A stretch of DNA of 51,746 nt from assembly GCA_003427395.1 (NCBI GenBank), contig BFEA01000005.1, positions 7,090,035-7,141,780 of the forward strand. The letters run 5' to 3'. A program made the translations under genes and the position numbers. The stretch's first letter is position 1, and each line of letters begins with the position of its first letter. Below the pieces are notes generated by a model. The model worked only from the letters and a program-made list of their open reading frames with translations. It was not told where the DNA came from and ran no database searches. This document shows positions 37,590 through 49,819 of this stretch, piece after piece. The stretch comes from Chara braunii. Taxonomy: Eukaryota; Plantae; Charophyceae.

Positions 37590-38800
37590 TGTCAACAACC
37601 CCTTTTCAATAACAGATGAATGAGTGACTCACAAGGAAGGATGTTTCATTGTATGAACTCTCCCTGGAAGGGATGAGTTAAGAATTGGATCCTAAGGATT
37701 GGGGACATCTAGAACCCAAAAACTCAGGATTAACACTCTTTTAATGATCTCTTATCAAGATTGCGTTACCACAGGAGGACATCAGAAACACTAGAGACAG
37801 TTACTGAAGTTGTCCCGATAGAATGGATAAAGATACTCAAAAAAGGATCACAACTCAAAGAGAGTGATTGGGCAAGTATCAAGCGTAATACCCAACAAAT
37901 AGGAAATATGAGAGTTGTGAACGACGACGAATTAGTTTTAATCTCCATATTCTCAATTAATCAGAACAATTGGCTAAAGGAAAGTTATACTAAGGAAACC
38001 AAACGGATCAACACTGACCAGGTGACGCTATTCGGGATTAGAGTTTTGAAACACAAAGATCAATGAATTGCTTTCAAACCATCATGTGCAATTAATAAAT
38101 TGGCATTTGATCCAATCTACTAGTCATGGACGGTCCCCCTGAGGAAACACGGAACCTGCACTCGCAATATCCACCCACTGACAGTCAGATCAACTTACCG
38201 GATGTTGAGGTCTAGATTGGACTTGAAAGATTGCGTAGAAATAAGGTGGATGAAACATATAAATGTCAGCAAGGAAGATCTTAGACATGTCAAGTGGTTC
38301 AAAACTATTGAGATTAAGCCGACAAAAATTGCGTTATTACAATGGCAAATTGACCATCGATGTCTTCCCACGAATAATGGGCTAATAGATAGGACCTTGT
38401 TGGAAGAGAAACACATTGTTGTACCTTGGTTAAAACTATGTTCCTCTGCATTTCCATCTAGGATCATTCCGAAAACTATTGATCATATCTTCCTTCAATA
38501 TCCAGGTGCAGTCTGGTTATGAGAATGGTGGGATTGAGGATGGAGGTAGCCGTGGGACTAACGGGCTCTGTTATATGAGATCTGGTCCCCTGATCAACTA
38601 GATGATTTTTCTCATAACTTATTCATAACAGGCAGAAGAGTCATTCTTTAGGCCCTCTGGCAACGTCGATGTACTTTTGAAATGGAGGGGGCGAGATTGG
38701 ATGGTCCGGATTTTACAAAGACAATCAAGTTGCAGGTGCATACTGTTATCACAACTCAATGGGACAAAGTAAAAGAAAAAATTAAATTCCTGTTGAATAA
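37590..38800 (+). pseudogene. L1 ORF2 C-terminal region with zf-RVT, homologous to 8306-10050
   Basis: QQPLFNNR ~ RQPLFGNP; KLAFDP ~ KLSFDP; LLQWQIDHRCLPT ~ ALQWQIIHRCLPT; TIDHIFLQYP..VWL*EWW ~ TLEHCLLACP..QLWQWW. Confidence 0.88.
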
Positions 38801-39045
38801 AAAAGAAATACAACATTCAACTATTCAGTGGCGCTTGGCTAGAGGGGCCTCAAGGAAGTAAGATTGTACAGATCAAAGAGAGGGGTCAGGAGAGAGAACA
38901 AAGAAAAGTAAAACGTAGAAATTCAAAGGGACTACCGCCTGATATTTCATGATTGGACAAACGTGGACTCATGAGTACCCTTTCGTCCCCTATCAAAGCT
39001 CCCAGATCGCTTCCTTTCATCCTCATTATCCATGGTCCCTATGAG

Positions 39046-39413
39046 TTGGTGTGGCTGTGAATGAAGAGGAAACGTTTTGATAAGTTATAACCACCTAGAT
39101 GAAAATGTCTGATCTGGCGGTCATATAAGGTTGAAGAGGCTGATTACAGAAGATACAACACGAGCTGACTCATTAAGACAGGAGAAATAGATGCATGACG
39201 CTGAGAGTCAAGAGAGATAGGTCACAACCAATCCTCGTATTTTTAACTTCTTGCATATTCAAATATTTCTCATACTTTTCTGAAAAACTATGGATAAGAG
39301 ACGTTCGACCTATTTTCTAGTAGGTGCAGCTCCCCACCAATAGATTGGAGCCAACAGGCGGCCTGCTAGGGGTGGGTGCTCGTATCACTATCCCTAGCAT
39401 GACCAACTGATGA

Positions 39414-39444
<31 letters not shown>
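39046..39444 (+). mobile_element. Structured tail copy G plus poly(A) (3' end of the long L1)
   Basis: ttggtgtggct...ggtcacaaccaa stem; aggtgcagctccccaccaatagattggagc; tgctaggggtgggtg-ctcgtat-cactatccctagca hairpin; poly(A). Confidence 0.85.
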
Positions 39445-39450
<6 letters not shown>

Positions 39451-41846
39451 ACCTTTGATATCAACTACTGCATGCAAATTAAAGGTGCAAGATACTAACA
39501 GTGTGAGCTAGCACTAAAGACTAGAAGGGGTACTATGCATAAAGTAGATGAAGTCATCCTTTGTGCGCATAGTCACAAAACTAGGATTGTACGAAGGTTG
39601 CAAACAGAGGTATAAATGAATGCTAATATGCAGAATGTTATAATTGATACATGAGACTTGTTGGGCTAGCTATGAACATGCATTCTAGGGACTAGACTTT
39701 CTCAAGGAGGTTGATATCATCAAGTGACACTTACTCTTCATGACATAACATGCATGATCATAATTATTGACGCCACCACGAAGGATATCGCGTTACCGCC
39801 CTGGTATCAACAGACTAATCTGTCTTTTCTGCCCCGTTCGGATTTCTCCACTGTTATCAGTATTACGTATCAAGAATACTTGATGGACGAGAACCAAAGG
39901 TTAGTTGAGAGAAATTTTTGGAATGTTGGCCCTGACGATGTGCTTAGGGCTTATGATCGAGTTACTTTAAAGTCATATGGTTCGTGAATTTCATACGAAT
40001 TTTTTGACGATGTCAAATTGTCATTATATGTGAGTTTCTCCTTCGTTTCCTTGCTGACGATCTGTCGTGAGAGCTTCTAATGTGAGGAGTTAGTCACTAT
40101 GAGGTCACTCAATCGCCTAGAGACTCATTTGAGTGACACTAAGATAAAAAGTTGATTATCCTTGTCGGAGAGTACTCCGATGATGGTAATGCAGTTGAGC
40201 TCTTATTGCTCTGTCACTAAGAGTTCATTGTGACTGAAAACCCTGGATCCCATCCTAATTGGTGAGTAATCGTTAATTACGGTCATACAGATATCTGTGA
40301 TTAATAATCAAGGAGTGAAAGTGTCGAGGGTTTTATTAAGCCTGATTAATCAGGAACCCTCGTCATGAACGAACCTTAATCAAACGCTTCAAACAAGGTC
40401 ATAGCAGTCACTTTTTGTTTTGTACCTTTGGTCTCCTCTTTCCTTTTGCACCTCATCAAGAACCCTTGCCGAGTCTATCCCCTTATTTTTCGTTCATCAA
40501 CTCGCGTTCTTCTGGCTCGGTTGGTAGGGTTTTCATCCATTTCATTGTATATTGTAATAGAACTTAATTGGGGCAATTTAACATAGCCAAACGAGGCGAG
40601 TTTGACAAAAAGTCCGGGTTACTCGGGATCCTATTGTCAAATGTCACCATGTCGGTTGTCTAGAAGATACATGTTGGTGTGTTATCAAAAGCGAAGAAAC
40701 AAATGAAAATGGATCATTATTCCTTCTTGTAAATCTTATGTGTGTGATTAATGGGGAAAAAAAAACTTATATTGAGGAGGATGGCATACTTACTTGTCAA
40801 GATTTTACTGGATGTGAGAAAAGCAAATGGAAGGACATTCATTGCTCTCGGCCGACCAGAAGCATGATTTTGTCAATCTTTCTCCCTATTATTAATTTTC
40901 TCCCTTCCTCTCACCGATCTCCCTTAAAGATCTTACCTTTCTCGTATTCGTCTATCTCCCCTCCATCCCTTCTTCCTCCCTTTACCATCCCACCTAATTG
41001 GTCGCATCATCGAAATTTCTAACGTGCGTGACGCGCATCTTCTCTCCTCGTGCTCCTATGACAATGTCATATATACTATCGTCCGGAATCCATACCTAAT
41101 TCAATAAGATTATTTTTCATCATTTTTTCTACCAACGTCGTGAACGAAATTAATTCCGATATTTTAATTCAAAAGTTACGCAATTTTATTTATTATATCA
41201 AATTATTTTCATTATTTATTTTTCAAACTCAATTCCTTTTCAGAAATTCTTCACATAATTTTTGAAATTCACCAAATTTAATTCTTCTAAAGTCAAATTA
41301 ATTTGTATTTTCTATCTCCCGTAAAATTTGAAAATTTCAAAAATCTTTTTAAATTTCTTTGAAATTGTTTTGAAATTTCTCATAAATTCATCTCAATCTT
41401 GCAAGACGTTGAATTTATTTTTTTTTTACCTAAATAATTTGAAAATTCATCCAAACTTACTTTAGTTGGTTGTTATTAATTCCTTAAATAATTCCGTTGT
41501 AAATTGTTAATTTCGGAATCAATTGTCTATTTTTATTTTAAATTCCCTTTGAATTTATTTTAATCTCTTTTAATTTCAAAAATACGTTGAAAAATTTCCT
41601 ATTTTATCTCAATTTTGTTTTCTGAATTCATCTTTATCTTTTCTATCACCTCCTCAAATTCCCCAAAAAATCCTTCAAATTTTAAAATTTTTTGAAATTT
41701 TCTCTAAATGTATTCTAAATTATGAATTTACTCCTCAATATTTCATAATTTTATTTTGACTTTGTGAATGTTTTTTGCTTCGTTCCCTCTAGATCCTACT
41801 CACTCCTATGAAAATTTCCTCTCTTCTCCTCGTGTTTCTCCGCACC

Positions 41847-44800
41847 TCAAATCACGTCCAACATGAACTTAGCAACCCTTTCTCTCAATTTCCCTTCCGG
41901 GAGAATCTGGGCACACACCACATTGTCAACAGCATCCGCATCCCGAAGTTTATCATTCGGATGCAAGATAACCAATATATGTGTATGTGGTAGACCCCTT
42001 TTCTGAAACTCCACAACATACAACATTTCATTCACCCTACCAAAGATTCGTCTGTTCTTTATCTCATCGATGAGTTGTGCAAGAAAACCTTTGAACACTC
42101 TCGTGAGAAGATCCGGCTTGTCGTTAGGATATTGACCTCGCAACAGGGTTTGTTTGATCTCCGGCCAGTTAGTGTTGCACGTCATAGTGATGAAAATGTC
42201 CGGTTTTTTGAATCGCCTCATGATTGTCACGCTGTCGTGATATCTTTCACTCATATATCAGGGGCCCCCAGTGAACGTTGACGGTAAAACCACTTGTGTC
42301 CCAACACCATTACCATATTGATTTTGTTCCACAACATCTCGTAAATCTTGATTATACTCCGACCGCAAATCTTTTTGATGGAATCTCACTCATTTTAAGC
42401 GAAGGGATTCAACCTTAGCGTACGCCATGCAACAAAACTCGTGGAAAAGACGTGTTGCACAAAGGAGGCAAGGTCTTTCACCATCGCATTCATGAATGCA
42501 TAGTACTCCTTAGCACTAAGACCTGACGGTCATCCAGCTTCTGAGGCACGCCGAACAGACCAACTATCAATTCCCGTCGGGAAAAGCAAGACAAACCTCA
42601 AGCAGTCATGCGCTCGGGAACATTCTGGAACCACAATTGTTTGTCGCTCACTCGGAAGAGGAGCAAGTAAACGATCTCGAGTTCACAAGGAAGAAGGTCA
42701 TGAGAACGAACACCTCCTGCAGACCCGTGGGACGGTTATAACGCCTTGCATGTTCCTCCGGGAGCATGACATCTGGATTTATGACCAACTTCCTCCCGTT
42801 TAACGTTTTCCGCGAACAGTCAGCAATCGTCATAAAGTCTCTCACGGAATTGTTACAACGTTGTAACAATTCGTGAAACCTTCTCAATATTCGTTTCATT
42901 CGCTCCAATTCGGCATTAGACGTATGTGCAGATAAATTAAGAAAATCTATTTTTTGATCAATCACAATTTTCAAATGTTGAGGATTGTGCAAGTGAAGTT
43001 GCGCAAACTGAGGACGTCCCCCTTCCCTCACAACCAATGCACCAAAACGATGATAGATCGGACCCTGAGCACGAAGTTGACCCTGGAATCCTTAAACACC
43101 ATTGCTCGGTTGCTTCAATCGGGAGAATGCGAGGGATAAACTATTATTGATTATTCTCGCATCATTTCGAACGAATCGGCCGTCGGGAGTTTGAGACGTC
43201 AAAATGGAAAGAATCTCATGCCCCGGAGACCCTTCGAGAGGTCACTCCCACAGAGGACAACGCCTCGCACCTTTTCTGCAACATATCTTTGTCCATTTTT
43301 TTTTTTATGCCACAATTTAACACTACAATAGTTACATAGTTATCGACATCCAATGCCGAACGCCTCACCCGTGGTAGCATTCTCAAGAATTGCGACAGTG
43401 TTCTCAACCGCCACATATGGTGTTTCGACGGGTGCAGATGGGGGTGCATTCAAATCAGTAGGCGGAGCATCGTGCGAATCATTCATTTCCTCATCATGAC
43501 TATCTGGCTCACTATATTATCGATTATTCATTGAATTTCGAATTGCAGCCGATGCATTATGTAATTGCCTCACTCTCTATGACAGACTCCATGATTGTCT
43601 CGGCTGAGAACAATGACTACGTGTTTCTTTCCAAGAAGAAGATGCATTCCTCGAATGCCCAGAGACGATCGCTCGAGTCTCTTGAAAGACATTCATAGAG
43701 CGCAAACTTCGCCTCACAACCCCCACAAAATATTTATGAACACACATATCTTATTTTCTCATACGATTGTTAATCGCAGCTCTCAATGCATGCATACGTT
43801 CAACATAAAAGTTTGTCCGTCTCTCCTGACTTTTCTTTCGGGTTGAAATTCTACGTGATGTAGAGCCTGGTTCAATAGTATTCATCGTGTCGACTTGTTC
43901 CGTTCCACCACCAACATCGACAGTACTCTCAACAATTATCGTATTTGCATCATACACGCTGAGAGATCGACTACAGCAATCCAAGTTCTAAACAACGCAC
44001 GACTTTAGTGGCACTCAGTTGTCGAAGGTGCAACATACGATACTGTCTGTTGCCCCTTGAACGAATCGGTTTCAATAACAATAATCTTCTCCGTTAATTA
44101 TGAAATCTAACAAACTTTCTAACCATTGGGTTCGGCGAATTTGGTAGGGTCGTGGCAAAAGAGCATGGTTATGCATGAACACTTGTCACGGAGGGACAAA
44201 GGTCAGACTCCACTTATCTTTGTCAAACATACTCTGTAAACCTCGATGACGAACCATCGTGTACACGTGGAGAATGAAAAAGAAATCGACTAAGAGGGTT
44301 ATTTCGACCATCGAAACATAACTTATATGTACTGAAACATCCGTACCAATTTCAACAAGGCGTGCACTTTGCAAGGTCATAAAGATATTTCGATGGCAAC
44401 TAATGTGACCGGTACGCACATCAACATTTCCTTGACTCCTTTGGTTAAAAAACACAGGGTTTGCGATATCATCCACCAACAAAATTGGTTGTCGAAAAGA
44501 TAAAGACCTATCACTACCTTGTTCTTCGATAAAACAATCAGGGTCACGATCTCGAGTTACCATCGGTTGCTTATCTCTCATGCAAGCAGTCTCATCACCC
44601 GCAGTACCTACCGCTTGTACTAAAGACCTTCGACTCTGATGGCTTTGGGAAGGTGGTCGTCCAAGTTTACGGTGTTCGTGTTGTGATGACACATGTGTTC
44701 TAGTCGTAGAGCCACAGGGAGTAATATCCGAACCTATATGCAATCTCAATGCATCGTTCGACGAAAAAGAAGCGTGGTGTAACAAAGGGAAGCGGACTTG

Positions 44801-44995
44801 ACCAAAATCAATCCTAGGAGATTGATCACACTCTAGTATCGTTGAAGAAAATAACAAAGGAATGATAACAGGTCCTTCAAAACGTCGAAGGTGTTTGCGA
44901 TGCTTCCACGGAACATGCAAGACCTATCCCAGATGAAGAGGAGTTTGGAACCGTGGTGGTTGAACCCTCACGCACACCTTTGTCCCCTGCCATAT
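41847..44995 (-). pseudogene. Helitron RepHel pseudogene (N-terminus and HUH Rep; truncated before the catalytic tyrosines and helicase)
   Basis: CNYCSVKLWH...ICC; FRAQGPIYHRFG..RPQFAQL; RLFHEFCCMAYAKVE..RL; VVLPSTFTGGP*YM; KPDIFITMTCNTNWPEI; PDLLTRVF; VVEFQKRGLPHTHIL. Confidence 0.93.
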
Positions 44996-45383
44996 CAAGG
45001 TCGTGTGTGTATGTATTTTTACATGGCTATAACATATAAATTAAATAACATGAGGAATGCGATACATATAGAAAATCGGGACCAAAAAAATATATCTTAG
45101 AACGTGCATATATAGATGTAATTATTATAATAAGAACAATGATACAACGTCAATTAAAAAAAAAAAAAAAAAAAAAAAACACGTATTCCAGGCATAAACA
45201 AAGTCATCACAACATCAAGCGGAAAAAAAAAAAAAAAAAGGATCAATTCATGTTTTTTTTTTTTTTTAATGCTCATATCGAGGGAAATGAAGGTTAATTA
45301 ATTGACACCGAAACGTATTTGTTCGTGTAGATATAAACGTAACGGTCAAGTTGCATGTTCGTGCGAACGTTCAATTGACAACG

Positions 45384-45677
45384 GTCATTTTGTCAAAACG
45401 GACATATTATATTTTTTTAACGAAATTGAAATTGAGTTTTTTGACCGAAATCTAGTCCAAATTTTTGGCTCCTGGGGATCTGACGTTTTGGCGTTCCTAG
45501 AACGCTAGACCCCCTAGATGTATCTGACCTCAAGCTGAGACCAGATACATCTAAGGGGTCCGGCGTTCTAGGGACGCCGGACCCCCAAAAGCAAAAAAAA
45601 ATGGATTGGATTTCGGCCCAAGAACTCAATTTCAATTTCGTTCAAAAAATATAATATGTCCATTTTGACGAAATGAC
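45384..45677. repeat. Long fold-back palindrome (~140-bp arms, ~15-nt loop)
   Basis: gtcattttgtcaaaacggacatattatattttt...cctagaacgctagaccccctagatgtatctg mirrored by cagatacatctaaggggtccggcgttctagg...aaaaatataatatgtccattttgacgaaatgac. Confidence 0.9.
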
Positions 45678-45829
45678 TGTTTGACACCGGATTTATATGT
45701 TAATTAATCAAGGTGCATCGTATTTTTTTTGTTATACGTTGTTAAAAAAACGATAACTTTTTTCGTATGTTTGATTTATGGTCCGATATTCCCCGTAGTT
45801 TTTTCAGGGCTCCATGAGATAGAGTCATA

Positions 45830-46500
45830 TGTACCTCATTTGTCCACGTTTACCATTTGTCATCGCACGACAGGGGTCACTTTCCTGTTCGTATAAGTTT
45901 CTCCTCGGGATCGAAACTTTTTTTGGCTTCAATCGACCTTGATTGAGGCGGCTCCTACTTGTGGTCATCCTTCGGTATTCTAAGTCAGTCATCCATCCAC
46001 AAAGAATTTGAAGAAGGTAAAATGTCTTCCCCAGCCTGTCCGAGTCCCGACCGCCAGGATGCAGTCCGTGGTACCCGTTATCCTCGCCCAGGCGCACATC
46101 TCCCCAACCAGCCTCGAAGGTCGTGGTTCCAAGAAGAGGCATACCTAGAAATCGAGGTCGGCCAAACCATTGATGGCCTCATCATTCGTTTTTTGTTTTG
46201 ATTGGGCGACTTTGATGAGATAGGAGCAAAGGGGGTAGAGAATAAGACTTTTTGGAACGGGTTTACGCGAGAGGAGGTCGTCCAGGATAACATGGGTGCC
46301 TTGGGAGAAAGATTACGTTTATTGCCAACTTTATTCGTTCTTATCGGATCGGTTCCTTCTCCAATATTCATTACACTACATGGTGTGACCCAAACCTCCC
46401 AATAACATTTACTTTTCTTCACATAAGCACCTTAGTATTTCAGCGTCTTATGCAGCACAGTCATACGTACCTTGTTTATTCTTGAGCATGCTTTGCTTTC
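45830..46500 (-). pseudogene. Possible decayed gene fragment co-oriented with Helitron Rep
   Basis: Overlapping minus ORFs 46078-46422 and 45825-46142; donor-like AG|gtacgt (~46470) and AG|gtatgc (~46144); no domain recognised. Confidence 0.25.
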
Positions 46501-46898
46501 CTTCGATAACATTTAGTCGGGGACGACATAAATGTGTTCTTGTTTTTTTTTATTGACTATCGAGACTTTTCCTTTACAATTATAATACGCAACCTGTCGC
46601 AATATTTCCTTTCTTAAAAAGTTTTTATTGATTTCAACCACTTTTCAATTCTTATGTCCATATTTTTTGAAGTATACTCACCTCCTTGTTTTTCAGCAAT
46701 AAGTAGAACAATGCAAGAATTATCACAGAAAACCATACAATGTGAAAAAACAAAATCTCAAAAACGTTAGCAACTAAAGGTTGAAATCGTCTTCATAAGA
46801 ATGAACAGATACAACACAAGGTAACATAGTAACAAATGACTAAGGCAGCCTTTATTTTCATCTTTCAATAATATTTGTCAAAAAAAAAAAAAAAAAAG

Positions 46899-47649
46899 CA
46901 GGGTTACCAGCGTTTGGGACGGGCCGAACGCCCGAACCCGAACGCCCGAACGTACGGGACCCCTTCGGAAGGCGTTCGGCCGTCCGGGCCGANNNNNNNN
47001 NNNNNNNNNNNNNNNNNNNNNNNNNNNNNNNNNNNNNNNNNNNNNNNNNNNNNNNNNNNNNNNNNNNNNNNNNAACATATGTTATGGAGAAAAATAAACT
47101 AAACAACATTTGCCTGGGCTTTATATCCAAATTCGTTACCAAATTTGAATTAAAAATCAAATACAGAAAATAAACACTGTGATAAAAATAAGAAAAAATA
47201 AAAAGAGAATTAAAATCAGTGAGTGTGCCAGCACCTTTTCGACAACGTCATCTTTGCCGATTTTTAATTATCTTTTGGCATTGACAAATGCCCTGAAAAT
47301 TAACAAATATGTAGTTTACATAATCAATAACTCATTAAAAAAAATTCAAAAAAATAATAAAAAAAAAATAAAATAGCGAGTGGGCGAGCACGTTTTGATA
47401 CCCCCATCTTTTACGATCTTTAATGTTTTGTTGGCTTAGCAGAATGGCTTCAAAATTTATAGTCGTGTGGGCTACATCGTAGAAAACTCACAAAAAAAAC
47501 TTCAGAAAAAAAAAACTTATTTTTAGGCGTCGAAACATGTTTTGGCGGGGGCCGAACCTGGAGGTGTTCGGCCCCCAAATGGGACCCCGAACGCCCGAAC
47601 GTTCGGGGGCCAGCCCGGGGGCCCCCGAACGTTCGGTCAGGTAACCCTG
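46899..47649. mobile_element. hAT-type MITE
   Basis: TIR cagggttacc / ggtaaccctg; TSD-like aaaaaaag / ccaaaaag; ccgaacg/cgttcgg subterminal repeats; AT-rich core. Confidence 0.85.
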
Positions 47650-47984
47650 CCAAAAAGAAGAAAAAAAAAACTCCGCAAAAAAAATACAGAGAGAGAAAGA
47701 CAGAGAAAAAGACAGAAAGAGAGACGGAAAGAGAGACAAAAAGAGAGAGAGAGGGATAACGACAGAGAGAGCGAGCGACAGAAAGAAAAAAGACTAAATT
47801 TTAGTGTCTTATTGCAAAACCCTTCAAATATCATTATCATTAATGAAAAGGGAAAAAAAAAGTGAAACGACACTTTTTTTTCAACTATCACACTCCACCT
47901 TTTCATTGTCTATCCCACTTTAGCCACTCTTATTTTTATTGTTCGAATACAATTCACTTCATAGTCAATGACAAAAACAAATTC

Positions 47985-49420
47985 CACTACTCATCGACAT
48001 CGCCACGTCCACGAAGTTATCTCCTCCTTTCTTCCATTGCTAACTTCTGTTTCTCATCAACAATGACATCTCCATCACGATAAAGGTTTGTTGTGTTGTC
48101 ACACTTACGTCTAACAACCGTTAAATCATTGAACTTTCTACAGTCCCTCATTCTCAAAGGGCTTAATAAGCGGTCACACTTAAGGCACGGAAGCCTCAGT
48201 ACTTCAATCAACGCAAGCACCACCTTGTGCAATCTTGTTTCATGTTCCTTATTTATGCTCGCGAGAGGATCTAATTCTTTTTTATATGCTCCATCTCCTT
48301 CATAAACCGCATTGGCGAATGGGTATCAATGACATTCGCCAAAAAAATTCTCAGAGTGTACAACTGTTTTTTATAACGTGTCACTATGTCATTCGTGAAT
48401 CCGTCATCACATCGATAAGGAAAACTATCCCTGAACATTGAATCCATTAACTCTTTCTGTGTTTTGTTTGTACAAATGTTCAAGCGTGATCACTGCTCTC
48501 CTCAAATGAGTATTTCTTACCGGAAACTTCATCGCATTTTGCACCTCTCAGAATGCATTCTTGTGTGTCAGCTCCGAACCAACATTTCGCAATGACTCTA
48601 ACATAGCAACCAAACGTGTTTTTGGAAGGTCTTCAAAAGTTGTACTCGATGGAATCTTAAACAGGCCCGAGGCAAAAGAAGAATCAGTTGATGGTAAGGC
48701 ACCTACCAACAATATTTTTTTTATCCCACTCTCGACTTCTTCTAATCGCTGATGCAAATCGTCACACTCTTGCAATAGGTGCAGGTCAACTCTAATACTA
48801 AGCTTACAAACTTCGTATAATAAATCGTTTTTAATGAATGATTGAATTAAACGCTTAAACTCTATGTCCACAGTAACATCCGCCTCCTTCTTCACAACCC
48901 AACACCGGATACAGAGGAATCTCTTACCTCTTCACTTCGTTTCGCTTCGACGAAACTTTCAACCAATGACCGTGCATTCAACTCAACTTTCATAAATGCA
49001 TTCCTCAATGCATTCACTTCCTTCTCCTTCTTCTTTAATATTTATAGCAGTTCATCCTGAGTCCATCGAACGCCTTCATTGTCTGTGAGGTAGCGGCCAC
49101 ATACCCTCCTCAACGTGAAATCATTGGGAAGCTTACCCTGAACACCATACCGCAATTTAGACTGAGGTTCATCCAAACATTGTTCTCTCTCTTCAATCTC
49201 GTTCGTTGCGATATACTCGTACCATTTCTCTCACTTCTCAATGTACTTATCTTTCAGGTGAGCTTTAATGAGAGGATGGTTGAATGCATCATCATATGCG
49301 GCCTTATCCCAATCAGACCGCAATGATCCCTCAACCCTCGTTTACGTACATTTGTTCACCACCCTGTTGGTTTCATCAGACACTTGTTTGTCTGCAGAGA
49401 CCATCACGAAAAAAACAACA
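47985..49420 (-). pseudogene. Decayed ~480-codon helical protein gene with a C-terminal CxxC motif
   Basis: Continuous across frameshifts: WDKAAYDDAFNHPLIKAHLKDKYIE...KEVNALRNAFMKVEL...EFKRLIQSFIKNDLLYEV...KELDPLASINKEHETRLHKVVLALIEVLRLPCLKCDRLL. Confidence 0.55.
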
Positions 49421-49599
49421 AATATACCAATAACTAAATCAGACGATAATTTAACCTGTAGTATAATGTAATACTCATCGCCATATACCAACGAGACTAT
49501 TTAAGGCATAAAAGAAGAAATTAAGCAATCAATCAATCAAATTGATTGATTCATGGACTCACACACGCATACACACATACAATCGGAGATAAATCGATA

Positions 49600-49603
<4 letters not shown>

Positions 49604-49665
<62 letters not shown>
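49604..49665. repeat. (GA)n microsatellite next to a gap
   Basis: Direct observation. Confidence 0.95.
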
Positions 49666-49819
49666 NNNNNNNNNNNNNNNNNNNNNNNNNNNNNNNNNNN
49701 NNNNNNNNNNNNNNNNNNNNNNNNNNNNNNNNNNNNNNNNNNNNNNNNNNNNNNNNNNNNNNNNNNNNNNNNNNNNNNNNNNNNNNNNNNNNNNNNNNNN
49801 NNNNNAAAAAAAAAAAAAA

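Larger units (their letters stand above)
25165..39444 (+). mobile_element. Decayed, interrupted near-full-length L1-clade LINE
   Basis: Pyrimidine-rich 5' UTR with an internal ~170-bp duplication (25365/25714), ORF1, APE endonuclease, RT start, zf-RVT, structured tail, poly(A) 39417-39444; candidate 8-bp TSD aaaactct (25157-25164 / 39441-39448). Confidence 0.8.

Noticed and set aside
35500-37590. Possible solo LTR
   Set aside because: No matching TG...CA ends with TSD, PBS or polypurine tract could be identified
40600-41045. Short hairpins as the Helitron 3' terminus
   Set aside because: No CTRR end at the expected distance on the Rep strand
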